Positions 1-7,671 of a stretch of DNA of 14,488 nt are shown here, piece after piece. The number at the start of each line of letters is the position of its first letter. Within the stretch, counting starts at the first letter, position 1. This DNA is from an archaeon (GTDB taxonomy: Archaea; SpSt-1190; DYHY01), in the NCBI GenBank assembly GCA_043803745.1, contig JAZDJS010000016.1:1-14488 (forward strand). The letters are read 5' to 3'. A model generated the notes under the pieces. It was not told where the DNA came from, ran no database searches, and saw nothing but the letters and a program-made list of their open reading frames with translations. The translations under genes and the position numbers were made by a program.

Positions 1-221
1 GAAAACCACTTCTTCTTTATTATCCCGATGTTGTTGCGTATCCTGAACGAATTTCTCTTCGCGTTCTTTATTCCCTTCTGGATCAGGAGGGCTGAAAGCT
101 GCGCCGGGGAGAACCTGCCAAGAAATTTCCCGAAATCCCCCGGGGATTCGAGGGCAGCCAAGATTTCCTTCAGCTGTTCCTCGTTAGTCTGGATTATGGA
201 CTGGTCCGTTCCGTGTTGCAC
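1..221 (-). CDS. Partial hypothetical protein (runs off the left edge)
   Basis: Stop-free minus frame from GTG at 221 to the window edge (MQHGTDQSIIQTNEEQLKEILAALESPGDFGKFLGRFSPAQLSALLIQKGIKNAKRNSFRIRNNIGIIKKKWF...). It lies directly downstream of, and in frame with, the phosphoesterase. Not in the ORF track. Confidence 0.6.
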   Translation of the reverse strand, partial: MQHGTDQSIIQTNEEQLKEILAALESPGDFGKFLGRFSPAQLSALLIQKGIKNAKRNSFRIRNNIGIIKKKWF

Positions 222-239
222 CTCGTCGAATTGGGATAA

Positions 240-923
240 TCAAACCCTGAGCATTTCATGCTTGATTTCCCCGTTTTCAAGGAGCTCGATCATTGCGGCA
301 TATCCGTCGCAAAGGGCTCCCGGATTGATTATGGTTGTCTTTCCTATCTTGTCAACGCCCCTTGCCTCGTGCACATGCCCGCAGATTACGAGGTCCGGCT
401 GCTCGGATTCTATTACGCCCCGGAGGAACTCGCTCCCGACATGGTTCCCCGAGAAAAGCATGTCAACCTTCGTGTTTGCCGGCGGGACATGGGAGACGAG
501 CACCTTTCTTTCGCAGTTCTTCATTTCCGAAAGGGTGTAATTGACTGCTTCATAATTGAGCACCGGGATTCCGCTGACGCTCACCGCGGAGGGACCTGAG
601 AATCCGACAAACCCGACCCTGTTGTGGACGACGCCCTTGTTATGTATGTCAAACTCCTTCTTCTTCAAGACCCGTCCAACCTCCCTGCTGTCCCCGTTTC
701 CGGTTATCGCAAGGATTTTCTTGTTGGTTTTCTCAAGGGTTCCCAAAATGTCGTAGATTGTCTTGCTGGGACTGAAATGGACGATGTCGCCCGCAAGGAC
801 AATGAGGTCGGGGTCCAGCTCCTCGACAAGCGAGAGTACCTTCTCAGTGTTGTAAAGGTCGGCGTGTATGTCGGAAAGGGCGAGTATTTTCATTTTGAGC
901 GCCTTGACGGAGCCTTTTGCCAT
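240..923 (-). CDS. Calcineurin-like (Icc-related) metallophosphoesterase
   Basis: Metallophos motifs in order: SDIH, AGDI, GNGD, SHVPP, CGHVHE, plus C-terminal INPG. TTTAAA at 947-952 is about 24 nt before the ATG at 923. Confidence 0.93.
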   Translation of the reverse strand: MAKGSVKALKMKILALSDIHADLYNTEKVLSLVEELDPDLIVLAGDIVHFSPSKTIYDILGTLEKTNKKILAITGNGDSREVGRVLKKKEFDIHNKGVVHNRVGFVGFSGPSAVSVSGIPVLNYEAVNYTLSEMKNCERKVLVSHVPPANTKVDMLFSGNHVGSEFLRGVIESEQPDLVICGHVHEARGVDKIGKTTIINPGALCDGYAAMIELLENGEIKHEMLRV

Positions 924-975
924 CTTTTTATATTTGTGTATTGCTCTTTAAATAGATTTACTATTTGAGAGTGGT

Positions 976-1308
976 TTAAAGTTGCCTTCTGAACCGCCCC
1001 AATCCAACACAGTTGTGGTTCTCCGGAAGCCTATGCTCCCCGCAGAAGAGGTTTCCGCAGAACTTGCACTTGAACGGCAGGCTTGCGCGCTCCCCGCAGA
1101 ATGCGCAGGTCCCTGTCAGGGGCGCAGTCTTCCTTTTCCCGGCTGAAGAGAGCTCCCGCGGGAGGAAGATTTTCTCCCGAAGCGACATTTTATCTTTTTC
1201 AGCCGTCCTTCCGGAGGCTCGGCCTTTTCCCCCCGAGCGGAAAAAGGCGAAATAAACAAGTGCGGCGACCGCCGCAACACCCACCCCAAGAACAGGCAGA
1301 TAATCCAT
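976..1308 (-). CDS. Membrane-anchored AN1-type zinc finger protein
   Basis: C-terminal CAFC...CKFC...FCGEHRLPENHNC matches the zf-AN1 pattern, with an N-terminal hydrophobic helix (LPVLGVGVAAVAALVYFAFF). ATG 1308 is preferred over 1359 because a TTTAAA box lies at 1333-1338. Confidence 0.85.
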   Translation of the reverse strand: MDYLPVLGVGVAAVAALVYFAFFRSGGKGRASGRTAEKDKMSLREKIFLPRELSSAGKRKTAPLTGTCAFCGERASLPFKCKFCGNLFCGEHRLPENHNCVGLGRFRRQL

Positions 1309-1332
1309 TGCATTCCAGGGGGACAGGGAAGA

Positions 1333-1338
1333 TTTAAA
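1333..1338. promoter_or_regulatory. Palindromic TATA box (TTTAAA) shared by divergent genes
   Basis: About 25 nt from ATG 1308 (-) and about 29 nt from ATG 1367 (+), the spacing of archaeal leaderless promoters. Confidence 0.55.
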
Positions 1339-1366
1339 ACACGCTCCCAATTCAGGCAATCCAACA

Positions 1367-1882
1367 ATGGAAAACGATCAGGAAAGTCACAAAAGCCGTT
1401 TCAAGGATTTCGTGCCATATGCGCTCGGGATTTTCGCAATATCGGTTGCAATCCTCTTCCTTCTCCCGAAATGGCAGCCGCTGCCGCCCAAGCTTGAGTT
1501 CGTCGACGGCAGGGTTGTGCAGGCCGCCCAGGGACAGACGATTGTCGAGATGACGCTTTCCTGGAGTGCCCCGCACACCGGCAACTGCTACCTCGCAAAC
1601 GACGTCCGCCCCGCAGGTGCGGCGAAGGGCGTGCCTGAAACTTCCGAATGGAGCCAGAACCACCTGATACGGTACAACCTTAAGAACGGCCAGACCCTTG
1701 TCGAATACTGGATAAACGTCGAGGTCCTCGACTCGCGCACAAGCACCAAGACGTTCAATTACATTGTCGAGAACCCGCCGACCGGAACAACCGCCCTCGA
1801 CCTTTACTCCGAGCTTAAGTGCGATGACAAGAGCCTTTTGACTGCGAAGAAGACTGCTGAGTTCGTTCCCGCGATACAATGA
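1367..1882 (+). CDS. Hypothetical single-pass membrane protein with a beta-rich extracellular domain
   Basis: 171-aa ORF with N-terminal TM segment (YALGIFAISVAILFLL) and an ATGA overlap with the TPM gene. Confidence 0.75.
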   Translation: MENDQESHKSRFKDFVPYALGIFAISVAILFLLPKWQPLPPKLEFVDGRVVQAAQGQTIVEMTLSWSAPHTGNCYLANDVRPAGAAKGVPETSEWSQNHLIRYNLKNGQTLVEYWINVEVLDSRTSTKTFNYIVENPPTGTTALDLYSELKCDDKSLLTAKKTAEFVPAIQ

Positions 1883-2706
1883 AATATTACGGAATTTTCC
1901 CGCTTTCTGTTTTTTTCTCAGTTCTTTTTCTCCTCAGCCTCCCTCCCGCCCTTTCCTCGCTCGAAACTCCGGTAATCTCCACCTACCTGACCGACAAGGC
2001 GGGAATCTTTGATCCGGAATCGGCAGCGAAATTCGAGCAGGCCCTCCGCGCCCTTGAGACTGAAACTGCAGGAGTCCAGTATGTCGTCTATGTCGAGAAG
2101 GCGCTTCCGGCGGGAACGACCCTTGAGGAATACGCCCTTGCAATCGCCGAGAAGAACAAGATTGGCAAGGGCGGGAAGGACAACGGGCTCCTCCTCTACG
2201 TTGCAATTGACGACCGCCTCTATCGCTGGGAAGTCGGCTATGGCGTTGAAAGCACGCTCTCGACCCCCCTCCTTGGGCGGATTTCCCGCGAATATCTCGT
2301 CCCCAATTTCCGCGAGGGGAATTATGCCCTCGGGATTCTTGAGGCCTCCCGGGTCGTCGGCAGCCTTCTCCTGAACTCGACTGACCCAGACATTGTGAAG
2401 CTGAAAACCGAGGAAAACTCGGCAGGCTTTACCGACCTTGACGCAATGATAATGATTGTTTTCTTCCTGGTGATCGGGGGATTTGTCTGCCTCTCTATAA
2501 TCGCCTTTGTGACCTCGCTATTCCTTCCGTTGGGGAAAGGAAAGAAGAGCAAAGGTTCCCGCAGCCTGCACAACACAGCCGCAACCGCGATTTTCCTTTC
2601 CTCCTTCGGGAGGGGAGGCGGTTTCGGAAGCGGCGGCTTTTCAGGAGGAGGGTTCTCAGGCGGCGGCGGCGGCTTTGGGGGCGGAGGATTCTCAGGAAGA
2701 TGGTAA
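1879..2706 (+). CDS. TPM domain (YgcG/COG1512-like) membrane protein
   Basis: Signal peptide; YLTDKAGIF, IGKGGKDNGLLLYVAIDDR and EVGYGVESTL motifs; TM helix; Gly-rich tail ending GGGGFSGRW; near lemA. Confidence 0.92.
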   Translation: MKYYGIFPLSVFFSVLFLLSLPPALSSLETPVISTYLTDKAGIFDPESAAKFEQALRALETETAGVQYVVYVEKALPAGTTLEEYALAIAEKNKIGKGGKDNGLLLYVAIDDRLYRWEVGYGVESTLSTPLLGRISREYLVPNFREGNYALGILEASRVVGSLLLNSTDPDIVKLKTEENSAGFTDLDAMIMIVFFLVIGGFVCLSIIAFVTSLFLPLGKGKKSKGSRSLHNTAATAIFLSSFGRGGGFGSGGFSGGGFSGGGGGFGGGGFSGRW

Positions 2707-2744
2707 GAGGGAAATTTTAAAAGCACTGCCCTCAGGGAAACCCC

Positions 2745-2975
2745 ATGAAACTGAATCAGTTCGAGCCTCTGGGCTGCCCGAGATGCTCGGGACTTTTCAA
2801 GGCGGTTATGCGGAAGATGCGACACCCTTCCGGAGCAATCCTGGACGTTTGCGACAAGTGCGGCGGAATGTGGCTTGACGGGCCTGAAGTGAAGCAGCTC
2901 TACCGGTTCTCGGTCAGGGAAGAAATAAAGAGCGCCACACTCCTGGTTCCCGCGAAGAAAAAGAAGAGGCGGTAA
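2745..2975 (+). CDS. zf-TFIIB-family (PF13453-like) zinc-ribbon protein
   Basis: CPRC...ILDVCDKCGGMWLDGPEV pattern. TTTTAAAA at 2715-2722 upstream. Confidence 0.85.
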   Translation: MKLNQFEPLGCPRCSGLFKAVMRKMRHPSGAILDVCDKCGGMWLDGPEVKQLYRFSVREEIKSATLLVPAKKKKRR

Positions 2976-2980
2976 TCGGA

Positions 2981-3583
2981 ATGGCTAGCAAGAAAACCGA
3001 ATCGAAGAGGCCCTGGCTTTCAACCGGAAAGATAGTATTGTTTTCGATAATCGGGCTTGTGCTTCTTTCAGCCCTCTGGATTGGCGGGACATACAACTCT
3101 CTCGTCTCTCTCCAGGAGGGCGTGAACAACAAATGGGCCCAGGTCGAGACCCAGTATCAGCGGCGGGTTGACCTCATCCCGAACCTCGTTGCAACTGTGA
3201 AGGGCGCTGCGAATTTCGAGGCTGGGACGCTCGAGGAACTGACGCGTCTAAGGAGCCAGTGGCAGACTGCCGGAACCGTTGATGCGAAGGTCGAGACCGC
3301 AAACCAGATTGAATCCGCAATATCGAAGCTCCTCGTAATAACCGAGAACTATCCGCAGCTTACCGCAACCCAGAATTTCCAGTCACTCCAGGACGAGCTT
3401 GCGAACACCGAGAACAAGGTCGCAGTTGAGCGGGGACGGTTCAACGATGCGCTGAGGGAATACAATACAAAGGTGCGCGTTTTCCCAACGAACCTCGTTG
3501 CAGGAATGTTCGGCTTCGGGCAGAAGAATTATTTCGAATCCGCCGAGGGAGCAGAGAACGCCCCGACAGTCAATTTCGGCTAG
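2981..3583 (+). CDS. lemA: LemA family protein
   Basis: N-terminal TM, then YNSLV, WAQVETQYQRRVDLIPNLVATVKG, ENYPQL, ENKVAVERGRFN and FPTNLVAGMFGF motifs. Confidence 0.96.
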   Translation: MASKKTESKRPWLSTGKIVLFSIIGLVLLSALWIGGTYNSLVSLQEGVNNKWAQVETQYQRRVDLIPNLVATVKGAANFEAGTLEELTRLRSQWQTAGTVDAKVETANQIESAISKLLVITENYPQLTATQNFQSLQDELANTENKVAVERGRFNDALREYNTKVRVFPTNLVAGMFGFGQKNYFESAEGAENAPTVNFG

Positions 3584-5525
3584 TAGCAGCTGACGAGTTG
3601 TCCGGAGTTTCGGCAAGCCCGGAGATTCCGGATCTCGCTACGCTCGACCCTTCGGCAGGCCCTTCGGCAAGGTATATCTCGTACAGATACGTTGCGGAAT
3701 CAAGCTTCTTGATGCGGAAGCCTGCCTTCTCGAAAACCGAAATCCTTTCGAGAACCTCTCTTTCTGACCGGGGGGCCATCAGGAAGACGGGGAGGTATGT
3801 TGAGGCGACAACAAGGATTCGCTTTTCCTGAAGGACTTTATCTGGTGGAGAGAAAAATTCGACAGTTTTCACTTTTTCCTCAAGGAGGGGGAGGTCGAAG
3901 GCAACCGAGTAACAGTCGAAGAAATATACTGCGGAAGCATTCTCCTCCATCGCAAGCCTGATGAATTCGCTCGAGTTGACCGGATAACGCGCCTCAAGAG
4001 GAACTTTCGTCAGCACAGGTCCCAATTTGGCCGGGAGCAGGAAAGCCAATACCACAAGCAGGCCAAGAAGTTTCCTCTCCTCAAGGAAGCAGATCAGTCC
4101 GGCGATTGAGATGAATAGAAGTGGGAAAAATGCGTAAATGTGCCTGGAGTCGAGGGAGGAATAGGTCAGGGCTGAAAGAGGAATCAGCAGGACGAACGAG
4201 AGCATGGGAAGGAAAACCTCGGTCTTTTTTCTTGAAAAGAAAAGGGCTATTGTCGAGATGAAAACAAGGGTGAGAAGGACTTTGAAGCGCCCGTCCTCCG
4301 TCGATGAAAAGATTTCAAACTGGGAGAACCTTTCCAAAACTCCGATCCAGAAATACCTGAACTTTATGCCTGCGGCAATTGAGACGCTTCCGAAATGCGA
4401 GCTGAGGTTGTATGAGAGAAGGGAGTATGCGCCGATAAGCAGGGAAAGCCCGCCCCGCACAAGCCCCTTAGTCAAGCCAAGGCGCTTGAGCTTTCCAAGG
4501 TTTCCCGAAATTGTCGTTGCAAGAAAAATCCCGGCGAGAAAAGCCAAGAAGAATATCTTGTTGGCAATCCCTATTCCCGCGACAAGGCCCAGAAGGACGG
4601 GGGAGTTTTTTCCGGGCTTCCGGAGTTCCCTTATCAGGAGATAGAAAAAAAGAAGGGAAATGAACGCCTGAAGCCCCAATTCGTTCACCGAGGGCGTTAT
4701 TGGACCAAGTTCAGTCCAGGGGACGATTGCAGCAATTATCAGGGCGGATTTCTCCGAGAAAAGTTCCTTTGAAACCAAATAAACCAGGAAAATGCAGAGA
4801 GTTGCGACAATCGAGAAGCTTATTGCCTGGGCGTTCGGCATGCCCCCGAAAATCAGGTTCGAAAGCCCGAAGAAAAGCGGCCAAATCGGGCCTATCCGGC
4901 CATCGCTCCCCCTTATCGCAGCCTGACCGCAGGAATTCTGGTCGAAGAAATTCCTTGCTATGAAAGAATCAACTGCGAACTGTTTTTGGGAACTACCGAT
5001 GAAGCTGATTCCGAACGCAACAAGGATGACCGACCCAAGGGCAAAGCATTTCCAGAAGGTCGATTTTCCCCAGGACCCTTTCCCCTTGAACGCACCGGTG
5101 CCTCTGAAAAGGGCTAAAGCTGGAACAAGGAGGGCGAGGAAATTTGCAAGGCCGAGATATTTGGAAACTTCAGGGGACGACGGCTTTGTGCCTCCGAAGA
5201 GCCACATTGCGGCGCCGCTTGCTGCGAAAAGGGCAAAACCAGAAATAACGAAGAACCAGTTGCTTTTCGGAGCTCTGAGGAATTGGAACATCACAAATAA
5301 AAATTTCCAGACAAGCTCCGTAAGAACTATTGCGGCGCCTACCAGGAAACAGGCAAGCCCGAAAGCCGCGAGGAGTCCCCAGGTCTGGTGGGTCTTGATT
5401 GAGAAGAAATTTTCCCCGCGTTGTTCCGACTGGTCCGCGTTCCCAAGGGCGTTAAGGAAAACGAGCAGGCCGATTACAGCGGCAACCGCCGCAATTTTGA
5501 AGATTCTCGGAAATCTAGTTCCCAT
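3570..5525 (-). CDS. Polytopic membrane glycosyltransferase, GT-C fold (ArnT/PMT_2, GT39-like)
   Basis: Many TM helices and motifs typical of the family (PIWP, LLGLVAGIGIANK, YNL, DSRHIYAFFP). ATG 5525 overlaps the tatD stop; the ORF track extends to 5582. Confidence 0.7.
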   Translation of the reverse strand: MGTRFPRIFKIAAVAAVIGLLVFLNALGNADQSEQRGENFFSIKTHQTWGLLAAFGLACFLVGAAIVLTELVWKFLFVMFQFLRAPKSNWFFVISGFALFAASGAAMWLFGGTKPSSPEVSKYLGLANFLALLVPALALFRGTGAFKGKGSWGKSTFWKCFALGSVILVAFGISFIGSSQKQFAVDSFIARNFFDQNSCGQAAIRGSDGRIGPIWPLFFGLSNLIFGGMPNAQAISFSIVATLCIFLVYLVSKELFSEKSALIIAAIVPWTELGPITPSVNELGLQAFISLLFFYLLIRELRKPGKNSPVLLGLVAGIGIANKIFFLAFLAGIFLATTISGNLGKLKRLGLTKGLVRGGLSLLIGAYSLLSYNLSSHFGSVSIAAGIKFRYFWIGVLERFSQFEIFSSTEDGRFKVLLTLVFISTIALFFSRKKTEVFLPMLSFVLLIPLSALTYSSLDSRHIYAFFPLLFISIAGLICFLEERKLLGLLVVLAFLLPAKLGPVLTKVPLEARYPVNSSEFIRLAMEENASAVYFFDCYSVAFDLPLLEEKVKTVEFFSPPDKVLQEKRILVVASTYLPVFLMAPRSEREVLERISVFEKAGFRIKKLDSATYLYEIYLAEGPAEGSSVARSGISGLAETPDNSSAATSRN

Positions 5526-6306
5526 TGCGCGAGAACTCTTTCCAGTTCCTTCCGACTTGGCTGACAAGCGTCTCCCGTTCAACCCCTCTTATCTCGCAGA
5601 TTGTGAAAATCGTCAGGTCAATGTTGGCCGGCTCGTTCTCTTCCCCCGGGACGGGCGCAAGCGAGGGGGAATCCGATTCCAGCAAAAGCCGTTCCAAGGG
5701 CAGGGCTTCGACAAGGTTCGCTTTCTGAACGTTCTCCTTCCGTGCGACCGAAGGCGGGATTGAGAAAAAAAGGTTCTTCTTCTTTGAAATTGCTTCAATT
5801 GCATAGCTTGCCCTCCCGTCAAACGCATGCATCAGGGCGGGGATTTCCGGATTGAGGTTTGCCAAGAGCGTTTCAAGCGCATATTTCCCGGCGCTCCGGG
5901 AGTGGACGGTCACCGGAAGCTTCAATTCATTTGCAAGGGAAATCGCAGCAAGGAAAGCTTTCATCTGCACCTCCCGCTCCTCCGGCTTTACAAGCGGCGA
6001 ATAGTCAAGCCCGATTTCCCCGATTCCGCAGATTCTCCCGGAGTTCTCTTTGATCAGCCCGAGCATTTCCCCGGAATATCCCGGGGTTTTTCCCGCTTCA
6101 ATCGGGTCGATTCCTATTGTGACTGAGACGGTTCCCTTGGGGAAGCTGCCCGCAAGCCCGAAGCTCTTTTTGACAGATTCCGGATTAAGGGCGGAAGTAA
6201 CGAACTGGTTTATCCCGTATTTGCGCGCGTTGTCTATTTTCTTTTCAAGCTCAGTAAGGATGTCGAGGTGGCAGTGAGCATCAGTTATTCCTGATTCAGG
6301 CGGCAT
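5515..6306 (-). CDS. tatD: TatD family deoxyribonuclease
   Basis: DAHCHLD, GIGEIGLDY, VHSR, MHAF and LLESDSP motifs. Confidence 0.95.
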   Translation of the reverse strand: MPPESGITDAHCHLDILTELEKKIDNARKYGINQFVTSALNPESVKKSFGLAGSFPKGTVSVTIGIDPIEAGKTPGYSGEMLGLIKENSGRICGIGEIGLDYSPLVKPEEREVQMKAFLAAISLANELKLPVTVHSRSAGKYALETLLANLNPEIPALMHAFDGRASYAIEAISKKKNLFFSIPPSVARKENVQKANLVEALPLERLLLESDSPSLAPVPGEENEPANIDLTIFTICEIRGVERETLVSQVGRNWKEFSRNGN

Positions 6307-6332
6307 TTTTCCGGCAGGAATGCCCGCGAAGA

Positions 6333-6340
6333 ATTAAATA
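6333..6340. promoter_or_regulatory. Putative shared TATA box of tatD and the divergent wHTH gene
   Basis: ATTAAATA lies about 27-28 nt from both start codons (6306 - and 6368 +). Confidence 0.4.
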
Positions 6341-6367
6341 CTTGGCGCTCCTTCCAACCGGGAAAAC

Positions 6368-6613
6368 ATGGTTGACGAGGACAGGGAATCGACGGTCTAC
6401 AACCTCATTGGCAAGCTGAGGAAATCCCCGGTTCCCAAAAACGAACTGGAGAAAACCGGCTTCGAGGACTGGTCCCCGTCGGAAACCTCCCAGCTCCTTG
6501 GCTCGCTCCTCTCGGCGGAAATGCTAGTTGAGAAGAACGGCTCTCTTGTTCCCGGGGAGAAGGGGCTCTTTTTCTACAAAAGGGTCAGAAGGAAAAGGCA
6601 GGGTTTCGTCTAA
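6368..6613 (+). CDS. Small winged-helix-like protein
   Basis: 81 aa with a helical N-terminus and LLSAEMLVEKNGSLVPGEKGLFFYK, resembling a wHTH wing followed by an EKG helix. Confidence 0.6.
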   Translation: MVDEDRESTVYNLIGKLRKSPVPKNELEKTGFEDWSPSETSQLLGSLLSAEMLVEKNGSLVPGEKGLFFYKRVRRKRQGFV

Positions 6614-6619
6614 GAACCC

Positions 6620-6640
6620 ATTTTTCTTGGGAAGAAAAAT
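6620..6640. terminator. Perfect inverted repeat, putative bidirectional oligo(T) terminator
   Basis: ATTTTTCTT-GGG-AAGAAAAAT between convergent genes, giving a T-tract on each strand. Confidence 0.5.
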
Positions 6641-6729
6641 CCGTTCACGGGCGTAAAGAACCGCCCGCGCCTCCCGACTGGATGGGAAGGGAACGGCAGA
6701 GTTTCATGGGAAGAAAGAAAACACAACAA

Positions 6730-7584
6730 TCAAGCAGGACTCTGGCAATATATTTCCCGATGCCTTGCAATAGCTCCCCCGGCAACAGCCTCGACATCCG
6801 CATCCGCGCCGATTTCAATGCACCGCGTTTTCGGATTGAGGAACGATTCATATCTGTATTTCTCGCCTTCAGGGTGGCAGGAGGCAAGGGTTTTGTAAAC
6901 ATCCTCCATTCTTTCCAGGGCAAGAACCCGGTTCGCCAGCCTGCCTATTTCCGTTAGTTCGGGACCGCCATATTCGCCTTTTCCGTCATAGCTGGCAATT
7001 GCGCGCGCAAGGCTTTCAAAATAGCCGTAGAGGGAAAGATAAGTCCCCTGGACAACCGCGCAAGCGGCGTTCTCCGAAATATGCATTGATGCGGCAAGAG
7101 TCCTTAAACATCCAGCATCAGAAGGAACGGGTTTCCCGCTTGCCTTTTTTTCAAGGACCCACTGGGCCTTATAGGCCAAATCTCCAAATTCAGAGTCTGG
7201 GCCAGGCCCCTTTTCGAAAAGCTCTTCCGCAAAAACGGCATAGCCTTCCATTATGTGGAGTTTCTGGAAAAATAGGGGATCATCAGCGTCAGCCTTTACC
7301 TGGCTGTGGATTTCCTCATGAACGTGACCAGCCTCGTTTTCAGTTTCCGATTGCGGATTGTAAGGGGACAGTAACGTATTATTGAAAACCTGAACTTCCC
7401 CGTCCCGGTTTCCCATTGTCATTGCCTTGACAACTGCCGAAATTCCAGCGCCCTTCCAGCCCGCCCGGTTAATTAGTTCGTTGACATCCCTTGCCTTCTC
7501 AAAGCTGCTTGTCTGGATTATTTCAAAGCCTTCGACAGTCCGGTTGTCCGCAATCCAGACCTGGTAGAGCTCGTCGGGAGGCAT
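6730..7584 (-). CDS. Putative zinc metallopeptidase (gluzincin-like), orphan
   Basis: HEEIH (HExxH) followed 20 aa later by MEGYAVFAE (third-ligand Glu). ATG 7584 is preferred because a TATA-like element lies about 25 nt upstream; the ORF extends to 7659. Confidence 0.65.
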   Translation of the reverse strand: MPPDELYQVWIADNRTVEGFEIIQTSSFEKARDVNELINRAGWKGAGISAVVKAMTMGNRDGEVQVFNNTLLSPYNPQSETENEAGHVHEEIHSQVKADADDPLFFQKLHIMEGYAVFAEELFEKGPGPDSEFGDLAYKAQWVLEKKASGKPVPSDAGCLRTLAASMHISENAACAVVQGTYLSLYGYFESLARAIASYDGKGEYGGPELTEIGRLANRVLALERMEDVYKTLASCHPEGEKYRYESFLNPKTRCIEIGADADVEAVAGGAIARHREIYCQSPA

Positions 7585-7625
7585 CCCAGCAATAGGTGAC
7601 TTCTTGCTTATATGATTTGCTACTA

Positions 7626-7653
7626 AGAAGGGATAACTATATAAGCCAAGGAA
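7626..7653 (+). promoter_or_regulatory. Extended TATA promoter, copy 1
   Basis: AGAAGGGATAACTATATAAGCCAAGGAA, with TATATAA at 7638-7644, about 27 nt before ATG 7672. 24/28 identical to 8300-8327. Confidence 0.65.
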
Positions 7654-7671
7654 GCGCATTTGTTTCCTGAA

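Noticed and set aside
690-705. GNGD in place of GNHD in the metallophosphoesterase
   Set aside because: This position varies in Icc-related archaeal members (GNCD is frequent), and all metal ligands are intact.
2608-2703. GGC/GGA-rich low-complexity repeat
   Set aside because: It encodes the normal Gly-rich tail of TPM/YgcG proteins. The antisense Pro-rich ORF (2322-2825) is its shadow.
2745-2975. Zinc-ribbon gene as the missing N-terminus of the headless TFB (split TFB)
   Set aside because: Its D.C..C.G.WLD..E pattern belongs to the widespread stand-alone zf-TFIIB family, not the TFB ribbon/B-reader. It lies about 4.7 kb away and is coupled to lemA.
3570-3583. 14-nt convergent overlap between lemA and the glycosyltransferase gene
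   Set aside because: Short tail-to-tail overlaps are routine in compact genomes.
4960-5763. 267-aa plus-strand ORF, and similar long antisense ORFs such as 28-540 and 1352-1879
   Set aside because: These are antisense shadows of better-supported genes and carry no recognisable motifs.
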